Position numbers and translations under genes: made by a program. A stretch of 64,000 bases of DNA from Pseudogymnoascus verrucosus. Lineage: Eukaryota. The stretch lies in the NCBI GenBank assembly GCA_001662655.1, contig KV460206.1, one strand, 5' to 3'. Of this stretch, positions 36,522 to 49,180 are shown in pieces. The first letter of the stretch is position 1. Every line of letters begins with the position of its first letter. The notes under the pieces are model-generated. The model saw nothing but the letters and a program-made list of their open reading frames with translations, was not told the DNA's origin and ran no database searches.

Positions 36522-37818
36522 ATGACTGCCAACGGATCTACCCCCGGTGGCCACCACAACCAGGGCACCTTCCTGTTCACCGTAAGTTCTTGAAAAACCC
36601 CGCTCTGGCGAGAAATATCAAATCCTGACACATTGCCACAGTCCGAGTCCGTCGGTGAGGGTCACCCAGACAAGATCGCTGATCAGGTCTCCGATGCCAT
36701 CCTCGATGCCTGCTTGACCGACGACCCTCTCTCCAAGGTCGCTTGCGAGACCGCTACCAAGACTGGTATGGTCATGGTCTTCGGTGAGATCACCACCAAG
36801 ACCAAGCTTGACTACCAGAAGGTCATCCGTGGTGCCATCAAGGACATCGGTTACGATGACTCCGCAAAGGGCTTCGACTACAAGACCTGCAACGTCCTCG
36901 TTGCCATTGAGGAGCAGTCCCCCGATATCGCCCAGGGTCTTCACTACGAGCAGGCTCTTGAGCAGCTCGGTGCTGGTGACCAGGGTATCATGTTCGGTTA
37001 TGCCACTGATGAGACCCCTGAGCTCTTCCCATTGACCCTTCAATTGGCACACAAGCTTAACGCTGAGATGAGCGCTTCCCGCCGTGATGGCTCCATCCCA
37101 TGGTTGAGGCCCGACACCAAGACCCAGGTCACCATTGAGTACAAGCACGACAACGGTGCCGTTGTCCCTCTCAGAGTCCACACCGTTGTCGTCTCTGCCC
37201 AGCACGCCGAGACCATCACCACTGAGCAGCTCCGCAAGGAGATCCTCGAGAAGGTCATCAAGAAGGTCATCCCCGCCAAGTACCTTGACGACCAGACCAT
37301 CTACCACGTAAGTTGACCTTGACACCCATAAAATAAAAACAGCTGTCTGACAAAACTAGATCCAACCCTCTGGACTCTTCATCATCGGTGGCCCACAGGG
37401 TGATGCCGGTCTGACTGGCCGCAAGATCATCGTTGACACATACGGTGGATGGGGAGCTCACGGAGGTGGTGCTTTCTCCGGAAAGGATTTCTCCAAGGTC
37501 GACCGCTCCGCCGCCTACGTCGCCCGCTGGATCGCCAAGTCCCTCGTCAACGCCAAGCTTGCCCGCCGCTGCCTCGTCCAGCTGTCGTACGCCATCGGTG
37601 TCGCTGAGCCCCTCTCCATCTTCGTCGACTCGTACGGAACCTCCGAGAAGACTTCCGACGAGCTTGAGAAGATCATCCGCGCCAACTTCGACCTCCGCCC
37701 GGGAGTGATCGTCAAGGAGCTCGACCTGGCCAAGCCAATCTACTTCCAGACCGCCAAGAACGGCCACTTCACCAACCAGAACTTCACCTGGGAGAAGCCG
37801 AAGACCCTCAAGTTCTAA
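36522..37818 (+). CDS. SAM2: S-adenosylmethionine synthetase (methionine adenosyltransferase); exons 36522-36581, 36642-37307, 37360-37818
   Basis: [72 protein letters not shown]; strong C-ending codon bias. Confidence 0.98.
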
Positions 37819-38639
37819 GCGTCTTCGCTCAGACACAACCACACCACACCACATCACACACAAATAGTAATAATAGATCCGAAAGGGACTCAACGTCTCT
37901 CTCCTCCTTACCTCCTCTTTTGACGACAACGGCCATCTTCGATCCCATGATGATGACTGATGACATCTTGAACTTTTCCCTTAGATTTTTCACACGCGGC
38001 GAAACGGGTCTATATGCACAGGGCGGCGGGGCGGTCTCAACGACTGCGGGGTTATGTTAAGCGAAATCTGCATTTTATTGAGTGTTGGCCTATTTTAAAT
38101 GGTCAACTGTTTTTTTTCATCAACGTTTTACTACAAAAAGCTTTCCGGGAAAATCATGATATTATGTATATTGTGATTAATTTTTTGGAAAAGTCTTTCA
38201 ACATAGACCATTTAGAACTTCGAGACGGGGGACACAGACAGGACATTTTCTATGCTTTTGAGCAACAATTCGGCGTTCAACGGAGAATTTCAACATTTTC
38301 TCTGATTATGCATAGCGGGTAGGACGGAAAGGGAAGGGAAATGTCTGGCTGGTGCTCTGGGGATGCGGGGGGTGTATGTTGATGTGCTTTTTTCTCTTTG
38401 CCTTGTGCGAGGGGGAATGCACAGCGAGTTGGGGATGTTAAGGCTTTTATCTTTTCATATTCCGCCTTTTTCTTCTTCTGTTCCTACCTTCTGTATAGGG
38501 GTGGGATGGGGGGAAGGGGGTTGGGTAGCTGTGGTAGATAGCTTTAATATCAGCTTGTCTCGAACAACCTATCGTTTTCTGTGTTGGTGGTGTATTGTGA
38601 TATTGTGACCTCGTCTACTGACTGTACTCGTGGGAGCTG

Positions 38640-39500
38640 TGCTGGTGCTGGTGCTAATGATCGTCCGAGCTGCAAGCACCCCTTTCTCGCAATAACAGCT
38701 GTGCTGCTGCTGCTTGTTATTGTGATCGGGGTGCTAGTTTTAAGCTATCTTTAAACTATTGGTGGTAACCCCATGATCGACCGAACCGCTGGTCTTTCAT
38801 AATATGTAGCAGCTTGGGCTTGGAGCTTGCTTGAGCTTTGCCCCTCTGAAGAGGTTATTGCGATCTTTTACTCCATCTACTGCTAGCGTCTAGCTGAACG
38901 TACGATCGACCGAGCCGCTCGTCTCTCCTCATATAACAGCTCTCAACAGTGCACGAGTTGCGCAGCTTGGAGCTGGAGCTTTCCCCTTCTCTGTGTGTTG
39001 TTGACATACTAATTACTAGCGTCTAGCTGAACGTACGATCGACCGGGCTGGCAGTCTCTCCTAACCAGCTCCTCTTGCCATCAGTGTAGTGTGATGTAGC
39101 TTGGATTCTGGATCCTGGAGCCTTGCCTTCTGAAGGGGTTATTGGGATCCTAATTACTAGCGTCCAGCTGAACATACGATCGACTGAGCCGCCGACCTCT
39201 CCTGATATATGTAACCTCGTCTCTTCCCTCTCAGCACCGTAACTTGGAGCTAAGAGCAGCTTGGAGTTGGAGCTTTGCCCTTCTCTATATCTTGTAACTT
39301 AGCCTTCCATCCCAATTACTAGCGCCTAGGTGAACATACGATCGACCAAACCGCCGACCTCTCCTGCTATGCAACCTCTCCTCCCCCCTCTCAGCACTGT
39401 ACATTACCTTGGAGGTTGAAGCTAGAGCTTTGCAACTTTTTCGTACTTTGTCCCAATACCACCTCCTAGCCCTCAAGTGAACACACGATCGACCTCCCTA
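38640..39500. repeat. Degenerate non-coding tandem array, 7 units of 116-162 bp with a conserved core of about 45 bp
   Basis: Core ACTAGCGTCTAGCTGAACGTACGATCGACCGAGCCGC...CTCTCC. The GATCG(A/T)C anchor is at 38659, 38775, 38904, 39037, 39178, 39340 and 39487. Confidence 0.85.
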
Positions 39501-40318
39501 GCCACCTGTACCAATTACCCCAATCAACAATCCCGCCTCCCTCTCCCTTCCACCACCGCCCAGTGACCATCCCAGTGGAGCCCCATCAACGCCAAAGGAG
39601 ATGAATGAATGGGCTAGATCGCGATCTTAACCCATCTTGCTTGGACTCTAATTTTGCTCGAAGGTTAATCTCGGAGATGTGTGTATTTTTGGGCATGATG
39701 GTGGAGGAGTGGGTTAGAGTCGGTGATAGTACGGGGAGTAGGGGTCTCGTGGTGGTCGGTGCCGAACCGTTAGTAAGGGGTGAGTGAGTGATGTGATGGG
39801 GCGGCGGATGGACGGTGTCCCGTGCGAGGGTTAGTAAGGGATGGGGATCGGGATGGGGGTTGCCGTGGTGTGTGGATTTCTGGGCTTCGGTGTTCCGTGG
39901 GGGGCCGAGGGGGTGAAGTGGATGGTTGTTATGCCTGGTGCTGGATATGGATATGGGGAGATGGAGATGAGTTCATGCATGCACTGTATGGCAGAGGCAG
40001 GAAGACAGCGGGAAGACCAGGAGTATGGGTGCCTCGTATATCGTATGGCTGCCAGCACTCACACCGTCATCACCTATATACCATTACAACCACCAACACC
40101 GTCCCACCGTCCACAAACAGCAAGCGACAGTAGTGGCGGCCAGGCAAAAGGGAACGGACCCTGGCGTATGGCAGAAATGGAGTGAGTCTAGAGTACAAAC
40201 TACCGGGCCACTTTACCCCAAGCGCCATAACCGCACCGAAATGGACTGGTGGCACTGAGTTGGTAATCTCGGTAAATTTTTGGCGGTGGCGGGCTGGACT
40301 GGGTGGTGGTTGCGTGGG

Positions 40319-40366
40319 GGATGGATGGATGGATTGGATGGATAGATTAGATGGATGGATGGATGG
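40319..40366. repeat. (GGAT)n microsatellite
   Basis: ggatggatggatggattggatggatagattagatggatggatggatgg. Confidence 0.8.
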
Positions 40367-41688
40367 GGAGGAGGTTGGTAATTGATTGGGGTGTTTGGCG
40401 GCGTTTACTGTCGTCGAATAGTGCAGTTGTCTCCAAATAGTGTAGTTGTCTAAAGAGTGAGCGTGACGACGACCAGCGCGTGCTGTAATGAGGGATTCTT
40501 CGGCGGTAGAAGACTTTGAATGGCTATTGGTCGCCTTATCCTGCTGTTGTTCCTGTCAATATTCATCGGCGATACCGCGATAGATGGGATGGGAGCTATG
40601 GCTGGCTCACAATCGCTCTGGTCTTTCTTCTGGTGGCTGGCTGTTCTACCGCAGAGAACGTACACTTGCAGTAGTCCCACCCTCCTTCCGTCCCACACCC
40701 ACGACGATTGGCGCCTGCACGTTCCTATCTGTCCCTGACGCTTTCCCCTATCCGTCACTAGCCGTTCCTGAGCACACCCCTTCCAGCCCCCTCTACCTCC
40801 ACCGCCTGCTGCCATTCATCCAATCAGCGCGCTTGGCGGGAAAAGGGTCGAAGCGCTTTGGGTTTCCTAATGCGGACTCGGGCCGCACGCCAGAGACATG
40901 AGAGACTAGAGAGACAAATAATGGATAGAATGGATGGGATGCATAGGATGGATCACAGGGAAGGGAGATGCGCCAATGCCCGCCAGTGCACTGAATGGAA
41001 GGTGGCATTTGCGGGTGGAAGAGAGAGCTGGCCAATACGTGGACGGGACTGCTGTTTTTCTTCTTTTCAGTAGCTGCCCTTATTCCCGTTTTCCCCTGAC
41101 TACTCTACCGTTCCTTCCCTCCCCACTTCCCCGTGCTGCCCATACACAGGCTGCCTGCATTGCATGTACATCCTGTACGGTGGTCCACTACATACGTTTG
41201 AGTTGTACTGGCTATGCATGTACTGATTGTTTTGTCTGGAACTGGTTCTTCCCACGATGCTACTCCATACTACCACTCTATACTACTCTAGATCGCTCCA
41301 ATGTATCTCTGTTTATTCTCAAAATAGTAAAGATGTCCACTCCCATTCCCTCCATTCCCTCCATTCCCTTCACATGCCTGTCATTCTGCCCGTCTTTGTT
41401 CATCTTTGTTAACGGGGAAATTGCAATCCTCGTAGCTTCATCGCTTCAACGGCCTTATTCGACTACTCCCATGAACTAACGCCCTTGCCGAGACCCCTCT
41501 CTCGACTCCCACTCCCACTCCCACCCAAGCCCACCAGCCACTCTCCTCTCCTCCCCCAGACACATTGGTGTCCCATTCAATATCCCATATCACACCTAAT
41601 CTACGCCAAGTCTGTCGGCGTTGGTCTATCTTGTACATCTCCATCTGTCTAAATGTCTGATTGACCTTGTTCCTAATCGAAACGGATC

Positions 41689-44600
41689 ATGGCGCCCGAG
41701 ATGACAGGGTTCAGCGTCCTAGATTCGACACAGACACCACCCTCGCCGCCATCGCGATTGCCGACACCTCCTCCTCCCTCACCACCACCACGCGCCATGG
41801 CCCGCCCGCTCCCCCATCCTGATACTCCTTCTGCCTCATCCCCATCTGATGTCTCCTCCTCCCTCCCCTCACCACAGTCCCAGTCCGTGCAGCAACCAGG
41901 CTCCGATCGACAATCTGCCGAGACAGTGAGGCCGCGAGCTTCGTCCCTTGTTTCAACCACATCGTCCATCAAGAGAAAACCGTTACCGTTGTCGGCGCTG
42001 CCTCTAGCTGCGAGATATTCGGTCGAATCGAGCGCCAGCACCTTTGACTCACCGTCCGCCAGATTCTCGAGACGCCCGTCGATAGACAGTCCCACGATCT
42101 ACGACCCTTCGGCACACCGGTTTCCTATCTTCGTGGAGGAGGCTGGTCTGGACCAGAGACAAAGAATCTCAACGTACGTCTGTCTCGTATTCCTCTGCTC
42201 ACCAAGAATACCACCCTACCTACCAGCCCTCCGAATTGTTTCCTCTTCGGGTTAAAGATACTGACCGGATAAACAGTCTCGACATCCCACAGGAGCCCGT
42301 CAGACCGCTGTCACCTGTAATCGAAGCTTCAGCTCATCAGACAGATTCGACTGCCACACCAAATCAACCCACCCCTGCCACACACACACACACACATACA
42401 CACTCAATAGGTGGCACCCCTCCGACCTCGTCTGTCCGCCATGCAAGATTGAGGCGTGACTCGGCCCTCAGCACCACCTCGAGTTATTACACATACGAGG
42501 ATTCGAGTCCAGCACACCGTTCCCGCTCAGGAACAGAAACAATGTCCCTTTTCGCGGCAAAGCCACAACCACCCAACCTCAGCCTGCCCGATAACGATGC
42601 CCGCGGCGCCTCCTTCGACGCAACCAGCATCAAGAGCCCCTCCGATAAACAACTCCCCAAGTCGCCTGGAGCGTCTAAACTTGGTTCCTTCTTCGGGTGG
42701 GGTGGAAACACCTCGCCGGCCTCATCGACGACTACCTTCTCGGAGGATAAGAACTTCTCGCCCATACCCTCGCCGACGTCCCCGGCGAAACACTTCTCAA
42801 AGTCGATTGCCAGCCGTGCAATTCCGATTGGCATCGACGTCCCTAAAGCCAATTCGGCGAATGAGAGCTTCTTCGACGAGGAATTCGCACCATCTAGCGT
42901 AGAAAGCGAGTCTCACGTCGGAGAGATGGAGGAGGAACTCAAAACTATCAGTGCCGAGCTGGCCACATCTATAAGGAGGGAGATGGAACTAGAGGATCTT
43001 GTTGAACGATTACAATCGGAAGTTGACAACCCTCGCGGACCTAATAAGAGAACAAGTGATTATTTCTCCGACTCTGGTACGAGCTCGGTCAAGTATGGCG
43101 GTGATACCGATTCAAGAACGGAGGAGATTGAGCGCATGCAGCGGAAAACGGACCGCGAAAAGGCCCAGATTCGACTGGATTGCCAAGAAAAGGTCCAAGA
43201 AGAGAGGACACGACGATCAGGTCTAGAGAAGAAGATTCGCCGGTTAGAAGAGAAGGTATCGCATGTTGATCTCGCGTCGATGAACTCCCTCGATAGCGGC
43301 GGCCGATTAAAAGACTTGGAAGCGACTTGCGAAGACCTACGGCGACGACTTAATGACGAACGAAAGGTCAAGGAGAACTTTGAAGATCTCCTGACAGCAC
43401 TCAGAGGCGAACTACACACCTCGCATAATGAGCGTGACAACCTCAGAGACGAAGTTGTTCCGCAACTACGAGCTCGGGTTGAAGGGCTAGAGGCGCAGGC
43501 CGCTGAACATGAGAAGCTAGCATACGAGCACACGAAGGTGCAGCAGCAGATGCAGCTGACTAGAGGCGACAGTGTGCGCAAGCTGCAGACTGATATACAA
43601 TCACATATGGACAGCATCGGTGAAGATGGTCCACAACCTAATTCCGGCTTGAAGAGGTCTACTTCGGTGAGGAACTCTACAGTTACTACACCTTTAATGA
43701 GGTCGCGGCCTACTTCAATGTCCCTGGCAAAAGGCGTCGAGTCGCGAGACATGCTCCTTGAACGCGTGAAGGACGTCGAAGCCCAACGAGACGCCCTCCA
43801 CCGCGCATTGAAGAGTCTCCTAGAGAGACAAGAGCACCAAACTAAAGAAAACGACAAGCGCCTCCGCCAGCTCGAGATCGAGCGCGATAACGCCCTCAAG
43901 AGCGCACCCAAACGCGCTGGCTATGGTAAAGACGTCTCCAGCTTGAGGGATGAAATCAACACCCTCCGTCGCCGCGCCGATGAAGCCATAGAGCAAAAGT
44001 GGCAGTGCGAGAAGGGCCTCAGCGGCCTTAAGATGGACCTCGACCGCGCCGAGCAGGAGATTGGATCCCTTCGCAACCTCCTCCTCGATAACGGCGTTCC
44101 CGTCCCGGAAAACATCCCGGGGTCGCGTAGCAGCGCTAACTCCTCGTCGCTGGAGCAGGCATACTCTGAGCTCAAGAAGACGTACGCTGCGTCCCTTGAT
44201 CGCGTGAAGGCGCTGGAGAGCCAGGTTCCCCGCGATGGCACGACGGATGAGGCACTCCGATCCCTCCAAACCTCCCTAACCACCGCCATCGCCGACCGCG
44301 ACTCCGCGGTCTCCTCACTCAACACCACGGAGCTCTCGCACCTTTCCACCGAGACTGATCTCGCATCCCAGCTCCAGCATGCTGCGGAACACATCGAGGG
44401 ACTAGCGGGCCAGGTGCGCGCCCAGCTGTCGGCGAACTCCACCCTCCGCGCCCGTCTTGCGGAGACGATCAAGCGCGGGGAGGTGGAGCAGAATGCCAAT
44501 GTGGCACGGATTATGGGGATGCAAGGAAAGCTGCGCACCCTCGAGGAGGCCCTCATGGCTGCGCAACAGGCGTCTGAAGAGCGCACTGCTCGACACGAAG

Positions 44601-45010
44601 ACGAGGTCCGCGAGCTCAAGGAGTCCCGCAACAGCCAACTCATCCGCGTCAAAGATTCCCTTCGCTCCCCGCGCCTCTTCGCGCCCAAGTCCCCCATGAG
44701 CCCCCTCTTCGCCGGCAACGCGAGGAGTCCCCGCATCGACGTCACGTCCGGCGGCAAGGCGATGAACGTCGGCGAGGAGTCGAGGGTGGGGATGCTGAAG
44801 AGCCGCGTCGAGGAGCTGGAGCGCGCGCTGGGAGAGGCGGATCGCGAGATGGAGGAGGTGGTGGGGAGGATGAATGTCGCGCAGATTGAGGTGATGGAGC
44901 TGCAGAATGAGAGGGAGGAGGCGGTGAGGGCGACGAGGATGCTGGAGAAGAGGGTGGAGGAGGAGAGGTTGAGGGGGTTTGAGGGGAGGTTTAGGTCGTT
45001 CCAGACTTAG
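41689..45010 (+). CDS. Long coiled-coil protein with P/S-rich N-terminus (hypothetical); exons 41689-42173, 42277-45010
   Basis: Intron 42174-42276 (GTACGT...ACTGAC...CAG) joins the 188-aa and 924-aa ORFs in frame. Motifs SPGASKLGSFFGW, ELATSIRREMELEDLVERLQ and KRTSDYFSDSG, followed by extensive heptad repeats. Confidence 0.8.
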
Positions 45011-45849
45011 GAAGGACCCTGACTACTCGCCCGCCCGGCCTGGTTGAGTTGTGTGATGTTCGTTTTGGTGGTTGATGTGTTTCGATATTGCGCTTTAGCG
45101 ACTGCATTTTTTCTAACCTTGATGGTTGTGCATTGGTTTTTTGAGGATGGGCGTTGGGAGATGGCTGATATGGCTGTCGATTTTTTGTTTCGATTATATA
45201 TGGGATCATGGCTCTCTTCGAGTCCTCCCGACCGACCCCGATTGGTGGGGGTTGGGGGGGTTGTTTAATTCTTAAACCTTATATATAGTATATATTGTGG
45301 CGGAGATGTATGGATGGTAGTGTTTGGATATTTACATATGGAGATGAGGGCGATGGGTAGATAGATGGGTGGGGGGAAGAATATATGAAGTGTATTTCTG
45401 AGATGGTATGTTTTTGTTGTTTTTGGATGTGATGTTCGATTTTGTTTTGCTGTTTGTCGTGCTCTGCCTACTTAAATCATTCTTTTGTCTGTAATTGGGA
45501 TCATGGGGATATTTGCTATGTCATATTTGAACCCCCTTTGGAGTTCTACAGTAAGTAGTACAGCCTCATCATCATGCTTAGTTGGACGACGTTTAGCAAC
45601 TCATAAGACGGGCTGTGAAACATTCCGTACACAGCCACCCTCGACCAGGACACGTGCCATGACCAACGGTTTGTGTAAAGCAATAGCATTGTCTCCCTTG
45701 TAGGCTTCTGGTGACTAAATGTCTAGAGGCTACTTCTCTAATCGAAGCAACAGAACAATTCCAATGCGCAGGCTCAGAAGTCTTCTAAGCTCTCCCAAGA
45801 GGCAGCCGGCCTGACCCCGCCTCCACGCCTCAACCGCCTGGACTCGAGC

Positions 45850-47474
45850 GCCTCCACGACGAACTCCAACAGCTCCGACAGCAACTATCTGAAGTGCAAT
45901 CTCGCCCAAGAAGCAAACCCGATCCCTCACCAGCACTCCAGGTCTCAAATCCAGCACCACGGTATATCATCGAAGAAGTGCCAAACTACGCTTTTAGCCG
46001 GGCCACAGCTCAAGCACAGCAGCAGCATGTAAATGGATCTCAAAACCCCCCTGCCGCCTCGAAGAAGATAATGCCATCGCCCTGCTTCGAGAAAATGGCT
46101 GGAACGCCAAGGAGTGGAAGGTAAACTGTAACCTGGAGGAGCGGAATGGCGCGCTTTACTGGGCTGCTACTAATGGCCATGTGGCAATAGTGCGACGTCT
46201 CGTGAGGAACGGGACGTCTGGGATGCCCAAGGCAGCGGGTAAAGATTTGCGAGAAGAATGGCGCAACTCTGCCTTGGGAAGTTCGGCTGCTGCCAACCAT
46301 GTGGCGATCATACAGATACTCCTAGAGCAGGCCACGGAGGAGAATCTGCGGAGTTAATTCAGCGTTAAGTGACGCGGTGAAAGAGGGACATATTGATGTT
46401 GTCAGGCTGCTACTGGGGAAATGGCCGCGTGAGGGGGGGAGTTATGATTATTCGAGGGCGGGAGCGCTTGCGTTTGCTGCGGAGAGGGGGGGGTGAGGAA
46501 ATTGTGAGGTTGGTTCTGGAGAAGGGTGTTGAGCTGGCGGTTCCGTTGTAGATGGCTGATAGAGCGCCTTTGTGACGTGCGGCGAGGGCGGGGCAGGGGG
46601 GGGGTGGTGAAATTGTTGGTGGACGGGAGTAAGCCATCTGCTGAGACGACGTATACGTCGTCTCAGCGGGATAGAAGTTGAGCTGTCGGAGGCTGTGAGG
46701 AAAGGGCATGGCGGTATGGTGCGGATGTTGTTGGACCTTGGGGTTGTGACGGGGTTGGAGATGGCGATGTATGATGCTGTGGAAGGGGGGGATGTGTCTA
46801 TTTTAGGACAAGTGCTTGTGGCGGGGGGACTCCCTACGCTGGTCTTGGGTAACGCTGTTAATACGGGGAATCAGTCGATGGTGCAGCTGCTCCTTGATTA
46901 TGGGGCTGAGGCAGGCAAAGGATTGAAATCAGCGGCGCTTAGCGGAAATGCGCTAAAAGTTGGGCTCTTACTCGACCAGGGAGCTGCTGCTGATGTGTTG
47001 GATGGGAGGAAGAGAACACGTCTGCTGTTGGAAAAAGGAGTAGCAACTAGCTCGATTAGAGAGGATGACAAGATGAAGAAGGCACTGGTAGAAGCCATAA
47101 TAAATGGCGCGGGAAATGGCGCCCTGAATGGGGCGGCGGAAGTCATGCAACTTCTCATAAACCACGGTTTTCATTTTAACTTCAACGCAGGGTAGGACTC
47201 CAAGCTCTTGGGAGTGGCAGCTGAGAAGAGCTTTCAGACGATGGTGCAGCAGTTGCTGGACAACAGAGCTAATCTCGAAGGCCATGACATCAGGGGGAGA
47301 ACAGCACTCCATCTAGCAGCGATGAATGGCCATTACGAAATAGTGAAGCTGCTGCTGGAGAGAGGGGCGAATCCTGCGGTGGTGAATAAGTTTGGAAGAA
47401 CGGCCGAATATTGGGCTGTGGCGAACGGACATACACGTGTAGCCCAGCTGCTGTCTCGTCCCAAACCCAAATAA
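45850..47474 (+). pseudogene. Disrupted ankyrin-repeat protein gene
   Basis: Ankyrin units ALYWAATNGHVAIVRRLV, ALSDAVKEGHIDVVRLLL and GRTALHLAAMNGHYEIVKLLLERGA lie in different frames. Frameshifts occur near 46354 and in G-runs 46486-46493 and 46596-46604. In-frame stops are at 46549, 46573 and 47193. Confidence 0.8.
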
Positions 47475-47712
47475 ATACCAAGGTGGATAATGTTGCTTTA
47501 ATTTCTACATTAGGGAACATCGCTGACAACTAATGCGTAGCTTTTGGGTCAGGTCCTCCGATAAAACCAAAATAATTGTCTATAAATCTATAATCTAAGC
47601 ACGAAAACTATCGAACACACAACAACCTTCCTTGCTCCCGCTCTACATATGCCACCTCTAATAGCGCCAGATGAGTATAAACAACTACGCCTTTGCCAGA
47701 GACCCCAAAAGA

Positions 47713-48733
47713 TCAAACAAACGCTCTTCCCGAATTGCTAGACGCAATACGATGGTGCTGCTGATACCCCACGATCCTCTCCATCTTCCACCCCCTCTTC
47801 GCGGCCTTCCCTCCCTCCACCAACGCCACCACCTCGCTGGGATGCACGACATTGAAAATGACTATAGCGCAAAACATCAATAGCGCATCGAATATATACA
47901 GATAGACCTCATGCGACAGCAGATACCCCGAGAAGCCTTGCAGGTACTCCACGACGCGGAAAATCGACCGGATCATAATAAGCACGCTTGCTATATATAA
48001 AGCGATAAGGTGTTTGCGCCAGGGCACATCGCTGCTCTGAGCACGGGTTGTGGGAACTTTATGCATGGCAACGTCGAAGTGGACGGCTACGGCGATGAAG
48101 CAGCCGAAGAAGAAGAGTTGAACGAAGAGGCCGCCGACGACGAGGTTGGAGCCAATTGTAAGAGAAGATGGGGTGCCAGAAGCTTGGATGCCGCCGCCTG
48201 GAATGGAGTGTGAGAAATTGTTCATATTGTTGAGAGAGTCTGGATTAATTGGGAGAGAAACGTACCACCTCCTTGGATGAGGAATGAAGCGACATCACCG
48301 CAGACGAAGATCTTTGTGAGCCACTTCTTCTTTATTAGGGCGTGTGACTCGCCGTCGACGAGGAGGATGATTCGGCTCAGCTCCATGTAGATGCTTGCGG
48401 CGAAGAGGGCGGGTGCGACGAGGAGGAGGAGGGTTTGCATGATGTATGGGCCTAATGTCCAGTCTGGGGACTGTTGACTCGACATGGCACGGCCAATATA
48501 GCCGATCCATTCAACTGATAAGTTTGTTAGCAAGATCTCATTGGCGGCGCAGGAAGCTTATAGGGTGACGCACAGAATCCTCCTACTATCAGAGGAATCA
48601 TAAACCATGCTCTGGTCCGTAAAAGCTGGTAGCAGTGAAGCAATGTCGTTGCAAAAAATACCGCTATGAATATAACGGCTGCCACCATTGAGGGGTCATA
48701 GTGGTAGAATTTAAACCCCGATGTCGATGCCAT
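47713..48733 (-). CDS. RTA1: RTA1/Rsb1-like lipid-translocating exporter (multi-pass membrane protein); exons 48733-48574, 48514-48266, 48197-47713
   Basis: FYHYDPSMVAAVIF, GGF|FEWIGYIGR, LLLVAPALFAASIYMEL, TKIFVCGDVASFLIQGGG, IRSIFRVVEYLQG...HEVYLYIFDALLM; two canonical introns. The symbol denotes the family, not proven orthology. Confidence 0.9.
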
Positions 48734-48959
48734 TGGTGTGGTTGAAACGGGTCACAGTTGTAATCCTTGAAGTTCACTTGCTAGAGCTACAAACGTAGGC
48801 TCGGAACAACAGTTAACAATGGGTGGCAATGAGAAAGAATCGGCAGGGCATTAACTCGATGGCTGTGCTTTGAATCTGCCATTTTTAAAGGTGTCGTAGC
48901 TGCCTTTATATCTATATATTTGTATAAAAATACCAGCCGGCGTATCCATACAAAAGACA

Positions 48960-49180
48960 GCCTCACGTACTTTATACCTATTCGAGCGAAATACTGTGCG
49001 TTTGAGAATACGTGCACGTATAAAAATACGTGCGCCTTCGCTCGAATAGGTATAGAGTACGTGATGCCAATACGGCCGTGAGCCTAAAGATTGGAAAGAA
49101 TATCGTATACCTCGTACACTATACCTAATCTGACCAATTTTCCCCATATAAGCTTTCTCGGATTTAGCGTATACGCGCAA
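48960..49180. promoter_or_regulatory. Cluster of CGTA / SRE-like sites in the RTA1 - Zn2Cys6 divergent promoter
   Basis: TCGTATA 49103-49109, TCGTACA 49112-49118, palindromes ATACGTGCACGTAT 49008-49021 and GCGTATACGC 49167-49176. Confidence 0.5.

Noticed and set aside
36618..37929. Long antisense ORFs (235 and 220 aa) over SAM synthetase
   Set aside because: Expected by-product of strong codon bias in a highly expressed gene
38640..39500. CRISPR array, 5S rRNA cluster or snoRNA cluster interpretation of the tandem array
   Set aside because: The host is eukaryotic, no cas genes are present, repeats are degenerate and the linkers are homologous to each other. There is no 5S similarity beyond ACATACGA and no paired C/D boxes.
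43060..44757. Antisense ORFs of 283 and 278 aa
   Set aside because: Shadow frames of the coiled-coil gene with no protein-like features
47193..47195. Programmed stop-codon readthrough joining two in-frame ankyrin ORFs
   Set aside because: Several further stops and frameshifts upstream make pseudogenisation the simpler explanation
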